From assembly GCF_004010195.1 (NCBI RefSeq), contig NC_057713.1:104143540-104207539 (forward strand): a stretch of DNA of 64,000 bases, in the 5' to 3' direction. Shown here in pieces: positions 1 to 12,345 of the stretch; positions within the stretch are counted from its first letter, which is position 1, and each line of letters starts with the position of its first letter. The notes below the pieces were generated by a model, which had not been told where the DNA came from, made no database searches, and saw only the letters and a list, made by a program, of their open reading frames with translations. The position numbers and the translations under genes were made by a program. The DNA comes from Chiloscyllium plagiosum. Taxonomy: Eukaryota.

Positions 1-1798
1 TTGAATGGCCTGTTCTGTGCAGTTTATCCTATGTTAGCCCCTGTGGCCTGTGCACCTGCTTATTCAATGTACGCATCATTCTCTCACCTTCCACTGTGTG
101 TCAGCCAACCCACCACACAGCTTCAGCCGTAGACATGTAGGTTTGTGGCATTTCCAGTCAAGTTCAAATTGGGCTATCCAGCAATTAGGCATAAATTTGC
201 ATGCAAAAACTCTCAAAGTAGCATAGGCTCATTTAGCAATATTTCAACCTTTCACCAAAATAACAGTCTCCCCATCTTGATTTATAAGATAATTAACTGA
301 ATGAATGAATATTTTGCACTGTGTATATTGGGCAATATTGCATTTCTCAAACTTTGTGTGCACTATATGGGCTCACTGGTTGTAAGGCAGTCAGTTAAAA
401 TTAACTAGAGAGTGCAAGTGAGAATTTTGAGAGCTAACTGACTGCCCCATCGTTACAAATATGTTTATGAATAATTATAGGCAGTGCTCAATCTTAGTCC
501 ATTGCAGGCCTCTAGAATTTTCTTTCTGGACCACTCAGAACTAATTCTCAACTCTGTTCATGACTTTTGTTTCATTCGGATTCAATGAAACTCATTCGAC
601 ATCCTGATTTTAGGCTAATGCAGGATACATGCTAAAAATCGAAGGTTCCATTAACAAGTATGACAAAATATTTCAGGACAAAAATAGATAAAGTGGAGGT
701 TCTTAATTGGTGGCATTGCTCGAAGGAGGTGAGGTGGGGGACAGTGCTCCAGAGAGAATGTTCCAGCAGGGGAAGTTGAATGGCCAAAATAAGAAGAGAC
801 AGCAACTGAGTCTGGTAGACATAGACATTATCGGCCACTTAAGGCACATGGGAATTTTCCAAGGAAGAATGATGGAAGGCAGTAAAAGGTAAATGGCACA
901 TTGATAAAATGGTTATGGGGATAGAGAGACCTGAGGCTTTATACATTGTAATCTTTGAAGGTAACAACACAAATTGAGAAAGCTGTTAAAACACTATAAA
1001 AGCTACTCTGTTATAAACAGAGGTATAATGGTTGATTTTGAGGAAAGGATGAAAACAGATGCTAACTGGGTGCTGTGCTAATGAGATGTGTCTGTTTAAA
1101 CGTCTTGCCCTGGTGATAAACGTTGGGGCTAAGTGGTGATTACCATAGCTCAAATATGCTTGGAAGGTACCAAAGTAGGCATCCGCATGTTTGGCATCAA
1201 GTGCAAAATAAAGCAATTTCCCTGAAATGAAGGAATGGAGCACAGTTACAAATTACCTTGGGGTATGTCTTGGAGGAGAATTTATAGGCAGTAGTGTTCC
1301 CATGGATTCGCTGCCATTATCCTTCAACGGTCACGGGTTTAGAAAGTACTGTTGAAGGAGTCTTGTGGAGTTGCTGCAGAGAAGGTATATGTTGCTACCA
1401 CTATGGTAGGAAGGATTGAATGGTGAAGGTGGTAGAAGGGATGTTTTATTATGGATGTAAATCTTTGTCAGTATTTTTGGCTGCATTAATGAAAGTATTT
1501 GGAGACTAATCCACCATAGCTCTGATTTAGAAAAGAAAATATGAATAGGCATGAGCCATCTGGTCATTCAAACCTGTTCCTGCTTTTAACAAGAGGTCAG
1601 AAGAATTACTTATTGCTATTCATTTGCCCAGGAAAAAAATGACACTTTCTTTCCACATGCTGGGCCCAGTCTTCAATGGCAGGATCAAATGAATCAAGCT
1701 TCCCAAATAAAGGCATAATGCTAGAAAAGCTTATCCCAACTCAAAGACAACTGTTGAATGAATTGTTTTCAGGAGCGTATTGTTTATCTCATTGCCAC

Positions 1799-2019
1799 TG
1801 AAGTAACTCCACGGAAGCTGATATCGATCATCAAAGCACTCTTTTTTATACACATGCAAAGTACATGACCTGACCAGCTAGTCCCTACAGTGAGGAGAAT
1901 CCCTGAGACTTGCTTATACCTATCAGCCCAGACTCCCTGATCAGCCTGGGTTAACAGCCCCAGTCAGGGAACTCACACTCAGTGATATCCACCTGGCTGA
2001 CCTCGTTCCAATCACTACA
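1799..2019 (-). mobile_element. Short solo LTR (~220 bp), same family as 62790-63010
   Basis: Reverse complement shares gaggtcagccaggtgga...gagttccctga...ctgttaa...gtggagttac/tttca. TG...CA ends. Confidence 0.65.
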
Positions 2020-2029
2020 CACACCATTC

Positions 2030-3220
2030 CCATTGTTCCCTTTAATCCTAAGAGCTATATGTGTCCTCCTTGAAAACATTCAATGTTTTGGCCTCAACTG
2101 ATTTATGTGGCAGAGAATTCCATAGGCTCACCATGCTCTGGGTGAAGACATTAATCCTTACCTCACTTCCTGGTCATACGTAAGTCCTGCCATCATCCTA
2201 TCATCCCAAGAACAGTCCGGCAAACCTTCCACGCACTCCGTCCACAGCCAGCACATCCTTCCTCAGTAAAAGGAGACCAAAACTGCACACAGTATTCCAA
2301 GTGTGGTCTCACCATGGCCCTGTACAATTGCAGTGGGACATTCCTGCTTCTGTATTTGAATCCTCTCCCTGTGAATGCAAACAAGGCATTTACTTTCTTC
2401 CCTGCCTGCTGTACCTGGTATGCATACTTAATGTAACTGGTGTACAAGAACATCCAGGCTTGTTGCACGTCCCCTCTTCCCAATCTGTCATCATTTAGCT
2501 AATAATCTGTCTTCCTGTTTTTGCCACCAAAGTGGATAACTGCTTATTTATCTACAGTATATTTCATCTGCCATGCATTTACCCACTCACTCAACTTGTC
2601 CAATCACACTAAAACATCTGTGCATCCTCCTAATAGTTCATGCTCCCAGAAAGCTGTGCTGTCTGCAAGCTTTCAGAAATTATAGTTAGTTGCCACATCT
2701 AAATCATTAATATATATTGTGATCAGCTGGCACTGATCCTTGTTGTACGCTACTGGTCACCGGCTAACAGTCGGAAAATGACCTGTTTATTTCTACTGTT
2801 CATTTCCTGTCTGCCAATTAATTGTCTACCCATGTCAGTACACTAACCCCAATCCCATGATAACCTCTCTGTAGGACCTTATCAACTTCTGAAAGTCCAA
2901 ATAAATCTCATCTACTGATTCCCCCAATCGATTCTTCTAGTTACATTCACAAAAAATTCCAATAGATTTGCCAAGTATTGTTCTCTTTGGTAAGTCCATG
3001 CTAACTTTGTTCAATCCCAGCACTGTTTTCCAAGTGCTCTGCTATTAAATCTTTTATAAAGGACTTTAGCATTTTCCTTACTGTCAGTGTCAGGCTACCA
3101 GTTTATAATTTTCTATTTTCTCTACCTCCTTTTTTAAATATGGAGTTATATTAGCTAACCTCTAATCCATAGGAAGTGTTCCATTGTCTACAGAATCTTG
3201 AAAGAGATCACTAGCCACTT
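2030..3220 (-). mobile_element. CR1-clade LINE ORF2 (RT) remnant
   Basis: ORF 2193-2483 contains LQLYRAMVRPHLEYCVQFWSP, typical of the CR1 RT C-terminus. Confidence 0.85.
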
Positions 3221-3597
3221 GATCAAATGTTGCCTTCAATGGTGATCATTCTCACGATACCTCTTGAGTTCAACCATTTTTTTCTCCATTGCACTAAAAT
3301 TATAATGAGGTCAAGAGCTGAATGACCCTGAAGAAACCCAGACAAGTTATTGCTGTGTACATACTCCTTGATAGCATTGTTGGTGACACCTCCTATTACT
3401 TTACTATTTTTGAGTGAGAAACTGCTGGAAGGGTAATTGACAGGATTAGATTTATCTTGTTTTATTTTATGGACAGAACATACTTGGACAATTTTCCACA
3501 CTGTTTAGGATTTGAAAGTGGTGCAGCTGTATTGAAACAACTTGGCTGGTGCCTGGCTAGTCCTGTCAAGGAAGTCTTCAATATTATGTTGAAGGTG

Positions 3598-3876
3598 AGG
3601 AGGTGATGCCCTCGTTGTATAATGACTAGACTATTAATCCACAGATGCAGGTAATGTCTGGGGACCTGGGTTCAAAGCTAACCTCAGTAGGTGTAGAATT
3701 TAATAATAATAATGAAAATATGGAATTAAGAGTCTGGATAACCATAGATCCATTGCAGATTGTTAGGAAAATCCCATTTGGTTCATTAATGTCTTGAGGG
3801 AAGGAAACTGCCATCCTCACCTGGTCTGGTCCACACGTGACTCCAGATCCACAGCAATGTGTTGATTCTCAACTGT
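3598..3876 (+). mobile_element. tRNA-derived SINE (shark family with aaacccatctggttcactaatg-like core)
   Basis: A/B-box-like head (...gggttcaaa). Core shared with 10137-10411 (minus), ~31800-31900 and ~58600-58780. Confidence 0.6.
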
Positions 3877-4382
3877 TCTGTAGGTGGAAAATCCTTGCTG
3901 TTAAAAGAAAATTATCAGAACCCATAGCCTTTGCTGTATCTGGTGCTTTTGCTGTTTCTTTCTATAATCTGGAATAATTAAAATGGCTGAAGACTGGCAT
4001 CTGCTTCTAACATAGAAGAGAACTTATACATCAGCTCCTCAGCTGAATAATTTACTAATCAGCAGGAGTTTTACCATTTGGTACAACTTGCTGAGGATAT
4101 GTGTCGTGTGTAGGCCAGATTGGATGAGGACAGCAGATTTCTTCTCGTGCAAGACTTTCATGAATGAGTTAGATTTTTATGCCAATCTGAAAGATTTATT
4201 GCTGGTATCGCATTTTTATTCCAAATTCACTCATTAGTTGAATTTAGATGAGATTGAATAAACCCCAAATACATTTCCAAAATCAGTTTTTTTTACAAAA
4301 TGTCAGATTGAAAATATACTGCAATGATGGAGTTCAAATCTTATCAATAAGACATTGAATCATGGTCTCATTTACTTTCTCA

Positions 4383-4605
4383 TGTGGATGTAAAAGATCC
4401 AGTTCTATTCCTTCAAAGAAGAGCACTGAGTTATCGGCAGTGTCCCAGTCAATATTTATCCTTTAATCAACGTCACAAAAAAAGGTAGTGAGCTTACCGT
4501 GTGTAAATTGGTTGCCACATTTCCTGTGTTGCAGCAGTGACTAGACTTCAAAAGTACTGAATTGACTGTAAAGTGTTTCGCAATGCCCAATGGTTGTGAA
4601 TGTAA
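4383..4605 (+). mobile_element. DeuSINE core (SacSINE1/AmnSINE1-like), decayed
   Basis: gtggatgtaaaagatcc...aagaagagca...caatatttatcc...aaattggttgcc...cttcaaaagtac...ctgtaaag matches the recalled Deu-domain consensus. Confidence 0.7.
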
Positions 4606-4975
4606 AAACCTTTTACATTTTGCTGGAGCCTGTTATTTCTCCCCGTCTATGTGATCATATTAAGTAACAGAGGAACAGGTGCTGCTACAATGGGAGGGGG
4701 CAGTAAGGGAGAAAGGGCTTGGTTGATACTCTGCTTATGTTGTGCTCAGTCATACGGGGAATTTGGACATATTGCTGTTCACTGGCTATATAAGTTTGTA
4801 TTGGGGGTGTGGTGATTTTTCAGCCTGAGGTTTGGTGTGTGGGGTTAGGGCAAAGTGCTATTGATTCATGGAGAAGAGATAGTATTAGAAGTACTGCAGG
4901 TAGTTCTTCTACAACACAATGGTTGTATTCTTGTGCAACCCCGTGTTATAGAAAAATCGCGCTTTAGAAACAGCA

Positions 4976-5301
4976 GCGGCATGGTGGCTCAATGGTTATC
5001 ACTGCTGCCTCACAACGCCAGGGACACAGGTTTGATTCCAGCCTTAGGTGACTGTCTGTGTGGAGTCTCCCTGTGTCTGCGTGTATTTCCTCCCATCGTG
5101 CAAAGATGTGCAGTTTAGGTGGATTGGCCGTGGTGAATTACCCACAGTGTCCAGGGATGTGTAGGTTAGGATGGATTAGCCATGGGCAATGCAGGGTTAC
5201 AGGGACAGGGTAGGGTGTTGGTTCTGGGTACTGTGCTCTTTGGAGAGTTGGTGTGGACATGTTGGGCTGAATGGCCTGCTTCCACACTGGAGGGACTCTA
5301 T
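4976..5301 (+). mobile_element. HE1-type V-SINE
   Basis: tRNA-like head (gcggcatggtggctcaatggttatcactgctgcctcac), V core (gactgtctgtgtggag) and LINE-like tail. Confidence 0.85.
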
Positions 5302-5937
5302 AAAGTGTTGGTGGTGTAATCATGTTACAGCCAACACATGTTTTAAAAATTCACGCTTTAGGTACAGTGTCCCCAATTCGTCAATCACATTATAGCAAAT
5401 TCACATTAACAAAACCCATGTTTTAGCAGAACGCCCTGTACTTAGTGAGTAAGAGGTGATTTCTTTTTTCTATCGTTATAAGTTGCATTGATAGGATTCC
5501 CTTCAATAATGTTGAACCACTGCTAATTTGTAAACTGAGTTAAAGTCATGAAGAATTGTGGAAAATTGAAATCTTAAGAACTGCTCATGGAGTTCTTTCA
5601 AGTTGGCTGTCAGGTGTACTTAAGCATGCTGCGGTTATTTAGCAAATGTTTTTGAAAGCAAAATTAATTGAGAACTTCTCTCTGTAATTGAAAAAAATAA
5701 TACCTCATCATTCATCCTGTAACAATATTTAATTTATATACAGAGGTTAATCTTCTATTTCATTACTTCAAATAATGTATGATATTTGAGAAGAAGACAC
5801 TGAGTGACTTTGGCGAAAGAAAACATTGACCTTTTGAGGTGAATGCTGCATACCAAAATTTTGAAATGTTAAAACAATTAGCTTGTTTTATTGAATTTGT
5901 GAGAAGAATCTCATGATTTGTCTGTTATTCTCCAAAG

Positions 5938-6039
5938 GGAACTGCGAGCCTTGGTAATTGAGATGGTGTTGGCGACTGACATGTCTTGCCATTTTCAACA
6001 AGTCAAAGCTATGAAGAATGCATTGCAGCAACCTGAAGG
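5938..6039 (+). CDS. PDE1C: PDE1 (PDE1C-like) internal coding exon, catalytic domain
   Basis: Acceptor tccaaag|, donor |gtgag. 102 nt, phase 2-2. Translates (R)ELRALVIEMVLATDMSCHFQQVKAMKNALQQPE(G), containing the PDEase_I ATDMS motif. Confidence 0.93.
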
Positions 6040-6424
6040 GTGAGTCATCTCTTTCAGCCATCAGAAAATCTGATGAAAAGTCATTTGTGTCTAGTGCATT
6101 AACTGCTGTATATTTGCTTATTCATAGCTAATGTTAAAACTGCATAAGCCTTGTCCTACATCATGAATAGCTAATACTGCTGAAAATTAAAACAAGAAGT
6201 TTGAACAGCTCTTCAGGAAGTTTTACTGATCATTGCTGAATGATCCTGTTGTAGAAAGTAACTACCACAGGAGACCTGACAGGAACATTTAAACCGTATC
6301 ATTGTCACAGTGATGTTGTAGGCTGTCACAGAAAGGTATCCAGTCCTGATTTTGTAGCAAAGACCAGGCCATGGCAAATTTTTTTTTCCATCTATTTAAA
6401 TGAATAGCACATTCCAATTTAAAA

Positions 6425-6765
6425 AAGTACTGCAGATGCTGACGAAGTGAAATTAAAACAGAAAGTGCTGGAGAAACCCAGCAGGTCTGGCAGCATCTGT
6501 GAAAAGAGGACTGATAAATTCTGTGTTACGATCGAGCCCTCCACAATCACCTGATGAAGGAGCGCCACTCCGAAAACTAGTGTGCTTCCAATTAAACCTG
6601 TTGGACTATAACCTGGTGTTGTGTGATTTTTAACTTTATGAAAAGAGGAACAGAGTTAATGTTCTGAGTCAAACAATTCCAAAGAACAGCCAAGTGCACT
6701 TAAAAAGTTAACTTTGTTTCTCTCTTTGCCATATATGCAGGGTTTCTCCAGCACTTTCTGCTTTT
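6425..6765. mobile_element. Palindromic Penelope-derived element with nested PLE 3' fragment
   Basis: Perfect 21-bp inverted repeat (6459-6479 and 6740-6760). Nested insert 6511-6638 has an 11-bp TSD TGAAAAGAGGA (6500-6510 and 6639-6649). Confidence 0.75.
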
Positions 6766-7094
6766 ATATAACATAAATGAATAAAATTCTGTTTACTATT
6801 AAATTATTTAAAGTAATACTATAGATGCATTTAAGGGGAAGCTAGCTAACCAATTTTCAATGAAGATTCAATGAAGTAGGCAAGGAGGAAAGTAATGTGG
6901 AGCAACATACCAGCTGAGAGCAATTGTGCTGCTTGGTTTGTTTCTATGTTGTAAAATTGATGTTTAAAGCAACTGGCAAAAGAAACAATGGAGACATGAG
7001 GAAAACCTTCTTAATTCAGTGAGTGATTAGAATCCAAAGTGCACTTTTTGACTGTAGTGAGGTGGATCCATGAAAGGCATTCAAGAAGGAATTG

Positions 7095-10055
7095 GATTGT
7101 TTGGATTGTTAGATCAGATATCATGAAATGGTTGGAAGCACTAGATACTGCTAACAACATTTGGCCCTGGCAACATTCTGGCAATTGTACTGAGCAGTTG
7201 TGTTCTAGAACTTACTGCTCGCCCCAGCCAACCTGCTCCAAAACAGCTATAACATTGACATCTGCCCAACAAAGTGCCTCGGAAAACTCTGTACACAAAG
7301 AAGGGCAAATCCAACCTGGCCCATTTCCGTCCCATAAGTCTACTCTTGACCATCACAAAAGCGATGGAAGGTGTCATCAATAGTGCTATCAAGCAGCACC
7401 TGCTTATCTATAACCTGCTCACTGATAGAGGACGTGGTGGAGGCTGATACAATTACAACATTTAAAGGGCATTTCAATGGGTATATGAATAGGAAGTGTT
7501 TAGAGGGATATGGGCCAAGTGCTGACAAATGTTAATTTAGGATATCTGGTTGGCATTGGCAAGTTGGAGTGAAAGGTCTGTTTCCATGCTGTATATCTCT
7601 ATGATTGTATGATGCCCAGTTTGGGTCCTGCCAGTGCCACTCAGCTCCTGACCTCATTACAGCCTTGGTTCAAACGTGAACATAAGAGCTGAGTTCACGA
7701 GGGGAGGTGAGAATGACAGCCCTTGATGTCAAGGCTGGATTTATCCAAGTGTGAAATCAACAAGCCCTAACAAAAATCAAGTCAGTGAGAATGAGGGAAT
7801 ACATTCTCCAATGGTTAGAGTCATATTTGGCACATAGAAAGAAGGCTGTGATTATCGGACGTCAGTCACCTAAACTCCGGGACATCGCTGCAGAAGTTCC
7901 TCAGGGTAAGGCCTAACCATCTTCAACTGCTTCACCAATGACCTTTTTTCTACCATAACGTCAGAAGTGAGGATTTTTGTTCAATGATTGCACAATGTTT
8001 AGAACTATTTGTGATTCTTCAGATGCTGAAGCAGTCTATATTTAAATGCAACATGATGAGGACAATATTGAGGCTTGGAAAACTGGCAAGTAACATTCTC
8101 GTGACAGAAATGCCAGGCAATGACCATCTCCTTTAAGAGACAATCTGACCATTACCCCTTGACATTCAGTGGTGTTGTCGTCATTGTCAGCATCTGGGGA
8201 GTTACCAATGACCGAAACTGAACTGGACTTATCACATAAACACAGCACCAGCACAGGTCAGAATACTGCAGTGAGTAACTCACCTCCTGAAGCCCATTTA
8301 CAAATCATAAGTCAGGAGAAGGGTAGAACTTACACAATTAATGTGAGGGCCCTGGGTAGTGTTGTAGAACAGAGACACCTAAGGGTTCAGGTGCATCATT
8401 CTTTGAAGTTTATATCACAGGTGCTCAGGGGGGTTAATGCATTTAGCACACTTGCCTTCATTCCTCAGACCTTTGAGTATAGGAGTGGGGATGTGATGTT
8501 AAGGCTGTACAGGACATTGGTGAAGTCACTTCTGGGAGTACTGTGTACAGTTCTGGTCAGCCTGCTATAGGAAGGATATTATTAAATCGGAGACAGTTCA
8601 GAAAACATTTACCAGGATGTTGCCGGGAATGGAAGGATCGAGTTCCAAAGATAGGCTGGATCTTTTATTTTTGCTGGAGCGTAGAAGGTTGAAGGATGAC
8701 CTTATTGAGGTTTTTAAAACTATGAGGGACGTGGATAAGGTGAATAGCAAGGGTCTGTTATGGAAAATAGGAGATATCAAAACGAGAGGGCATATTTTTA
8801 AGGTGAGAGGAGAGAGATTTAAAAAGAGCATGAGGGCAATTTTTTTGGATTTGGAGTGAACTTCCAGAAGAAGTGGTGGATGCAGACACAGCTACAACAC
8901 TTAAAAGTCATTTGGGTAAGTACATGAGTAGGAAAGTTTTAAGGGATATGGACCAAATGTAGGCAAGTGGGGCTAGTCTGGTTTGGGAACAAGGTTGGTA
9001 TGGACTAGTTGGACTGAAGGGTCTGCTCCTATGCTTTATAACTCTATGACTCTGTGAGTGTGATGGAATACTCTCCACTTGCCTGGATGATTGCACTTCC
9101 AATAACACTCTAGAAACTTGACGCCATCCAGGACAAAGCAGCCCGATGGACTGACACCTTATCCACATATGTTCAATCACTTCTTCTTAATATCGGAAAG
9201 ATGTGAAACTTGAAAGGGTTCAGAAAAAAATTTAGAAGGATGTTGCCAGGGTTGGAGGATTTTAGCTATAAGGAGAGGTTGAATAGGCTAGGACTGTTTT
9301 CCCTGGAGCATCGGAGGCTGAGTGGTGACCTTATAGAGGTTTATAAAATCATGATGGATAGGATAAATAGACAAAGTTTTTTCCCTGGGGTGGGGGAGTC
9401 CAGAACTAGAGGGCATAGGTTTAGGGTGAGAGGGGAAAGATATAAAAGAGACCTCAAGGGCAACTTTTTCACACAGAGGGTGGTACGTGTATGGAATGAG
9501 CTGCCAGAGTAAGTGGTGGAGGCTAGTACAATTGCAACATTTAAAAGGCATCTGGATGGGTGTATGAATGGGAAGGGTTTGGAGGGATATGGGCCGGGTG
9601 CTGGCAGGGGTGTCTAGATTGAATTGGGATATCTGGTCAGCATGGACGGGTTGGACTGAAGGGTCTGTTTCTGTGCTGTACACCTCTATGACTCTGTGAC
9701 TCTATGACTCCATCAGCGATGCTCAGCAGCAGCAGTGTGTACTATCTACAAGATGCACTAATGAATTTGCCAAAAATCTTTAGAGAGCATTTTCCAAACC
9801 CACAGCCACTTCCATCTAGAAGGACAAGGGCAGCAGACACATGGGCACACCACCACCTACAAGTTTCCCTCCTAGCCACACACCATCCTGACTTGGAAAT
9901 ATATCACTGTTCTTTCACTGTTGCTAGATCATAGAATTCCCTCCCTCGACATTATGGCTCTATCTGCAGCACATGTACTGCAGTGGGTTAAGAAGGCAGC
10001 TCACATTGTCTTAAGGTCAACTAGAGATGGGCAGTAAATGGTGACCCAGCCACAC
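7095..10055 (+). mobile_element. CR1-clade LINE (second family) interrupted by three HER1/CR1 3' insertions
   Basis: Host pieces at ~7095-7426, 7612-8310, 9052-9186 and 9711-10055. Inserts at ~7427-7611, ~8311-9051 and ~9187-9710 end in (ctctatga)n-like tails. Confidence 0.75.
9187..9710 (+). mobile_element. HER1/CR1-type LINE 3' end, low divergence
   Basis: ORF 9210-9512 reads RMLPGLEDFSYKERLNRLGLFSLEHRRLSGDLIEVYKIM...FFTQRVVRVWNELPE, followed by a ctctatga tandem tail. Confidence 0.9.
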
Positions 10056-10411
10056 ACTGAGATTTACATCTTTGAGGCCCCAAGACAGAGATATGCAGAA
10101 CTGCACACATTATACTGCCAATCAGACTGGGCACCTTTTATTTTTATTCATTCACATGACGTAGGTATCGTTGTTTAGGCCAGTCTTTAATGGCAATCCT
10201 TAATTACCCACAGGGCAGTTACAAGTCAACCACAATGCTGTGGATCTAGCGTCATATGAATGCCAATAGATGTTAGTGAACCAGATGGGATTTTTATGAC
10301 AATTGACAGCGATGTGGTCACTATTAAATCATCTCTTTATTTCAGATTTTATTGAAATCAAATTTTACCATCCCACCTTGGTGGGATTTGAACCTGTGTT
10401 CCCAGAACATT

Positions 10412-11327
10412 CTGGTCTGGTCCTCACCTACCACCCCACCAATCTCCATGTACAGCGCATCATCCGCCGTCACTTCCGCCACCTCCAAACAGACCCCAGC
10501 ACCAAGGATATATTTCCCTCCCCTCCCCTATCAGCTTTCCGTAGAGACCACTCACTCCGCGACTCCCTTGTCAGATCCACACACCCCACCGACCCAACCT
10601 CCACTCCCGGCACCTTCCCTTGCAACCGCAGGAGGTGCAACACTTGCGCCCACACCTCCCCCCTCACTTCTCTCCAAGGCCCCAAAGGAAACTTCCATAT
10701 CCGCCACAGATTCACCTGCACCTCCACCCACATCATCTACTGCATCCGCTGCAGCCGGTGTGGCCTCCTCTATATTGGGGAGACAGGCCGCCTACTTGCG
10801 GAGCGATTCAGAGAGCACCTCTGGGCCACCCGGACGAACCAACCCAACCAACCTGTGGCACAGCATTTCAACTCCCCCTCCCACTCCACCGAGGATATGC
10901 AGGTCATTGGACTCATCCACCGCCAAACCACAACAACCCGACGGTCGGAGGAGGAACGTCTTATCTTCCGACTGGGAACCCTCCAACCGCAGGCGATGAA
11001 CTTGGACTTCACCAGTTTCTTCATCCCCCCTCCCCCCACCTTGTCTCAGCCAGATCCCTCCAGCCCGGCACCGCCTTCCTGACCTGCAGTCTTCTTCTTG
11101 ACCTCTCCGCCTCCATCCTACTCCGACCTATCACCCTCACCTTGACCTCTTTCCACCTATCACATTTCCAATGCCCCTCCTCCAAGTCCCTCCTCCCTAC
11201 CTTTTATCTTCTCCTGCTGAACACTCTCTGCTCATTCCTGAAGAAGGGCCTGTGCCCGAAACGTCGAATCTCCTGTTCCCTGGATGCTGCCTGACCTACT
11301 GTGCTGTTCCAGCAATAAAGTTTCAAC
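10412..11327 (+). mobile_element. Young 5'-truncated Penelope-like retroelement with GIY-YIG endonuclease ORF end
   Basis: Open frame to 11082 with IIYCIRCSRCGLLYIGETGRLLAERFREH (GIY-YIG). 13-bp TSD TTCCCAGAACATT (10399-10411 and 11328-11340). Confidence 0.93.
11234..11269 (+). ncRNA. Minimal type I hammerhead ribozyme motif of a Penelope-like element
   Basis: AUUC-CUGAAGA-A-GGGC(CUGU)GCCC-GAAAC-GUC-GAAU: stem I AUUC/GAAU, conserved core, 4-bp stem II, palindromic loopless helix III (ACGU). Confidence 0.75.
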
Positions 11328-11399
11328 TTCCCAGAACATTAGCTGAAGTTCTGGATTGCTAATCTAGCGATATTACCACTATACGACTGCCTCCCGTTG

Positions 11400-12345
11400 A
11401 ATTTGTGCAGCTCCTTTCTGCCAGGAAGTCAATCTTCTATCCATGCTAACATGTCACTCACTGCTTCATTTTATTTTCCATAATCTTTGATGTGTCACTT
11501 TATCCTCAGTGCATTTTACTCCTGCACAGATTTCCAATAAATTGATTAAAGATGATATCCATTTGGTGAAACCATGCTAACTCTTCCAGATTACTTTGAT
11601 TTTTTTTTCAAGTGTTCAGATGGTAATCCCTATAATGATTGATTCCAACACTTTCCCCATGACAGACATGAAACTAACTGTTTGCGTCCCTCCTTTCCTG
11701 AATAAATTTGCTACTTGCTAATGCAGTGAAACCTTTCGTGAAAAGAGGGATTTTTTGCAAGTTAACATCCACTACCTCATTATCATTGACAATTAGACTT
11801 GTCGACCCACAGCTCTATTAGTTTGCTCAATACCATTTTGCTCATACGTCCATAGTCTGTCGGAGCCAAAGTAGGCCATTTGACTCATTGAACAGACTCT
11901 GCTATTCAATGCAATCCTGGATGATCTGATCTGATCATCCTTGGATCTTTTTGTGTCTTGTCCCCTTAACCCTTGATTCCCTGAATAATTAGACATTTGT
12001 CTAACTCAGCCTCGAATATACTTAGTGATCCATCCTTGACAGCCCTTTGCAGTAAAGAATTCCACAGATTCACCATCTTCTGAAAGAAAAAAAATCTCCT
12101 TATTTTTGCCTTAAACTCCTAACTCTGAGATTATGCTCTCTGATTCTAGACTGTCCCATAAAGGGGAACAACCTTTAAGATCTACCCTGTCAAGCTCCCT
12201 CAGTATCTTATATATTTCAACTAGATCTTCTCTCATTCTCCTAAACTGCAAAGAGCACAACCTACTCAACCTCTCCTTGTAAGAAAGTCTCTCCATACCT
12301 GGGATTAATCTACTGTATCTTTTTTGAATTGTGATCAATGCTAGT
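11400..12345 (-). mobile_element. CR1-clade LINE remnants
   Basis: ORF 12111-12338 reads LIPGMERLSYKERLSRL...DLVEIYKIL. Confidence 0.75.

Larger units (their letters stand above)
10137..11397 (-). mobile_element. tRNA-derived SINE with CR1-like tail, split by the Penelope insertion
   Basis: 10137-10411 plus 11341-11397 are the reverse complement of the same family seen at 3598-3876 (ggaggc..tagtggtaat..ctag..aatccag head). Confidence 0.65.

Noticed and set aside
1-5937. Preceding PDE1 exon (expected LYNDRSVLENHH motif)
   Set aside because: Not found by eye in this interval, so it is presumed to lie upstream of the window.
10352-11294. Overlapping long ORFs (215 aa, 224 aa, and minus-strand ORFs)
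   Set aside because: Shadow frames of the C-rich Penelope GIY-YIG region. Only the 10303-11082 frame has recognisable motifs, and its first ~36 codons are flanking SINE sequence.
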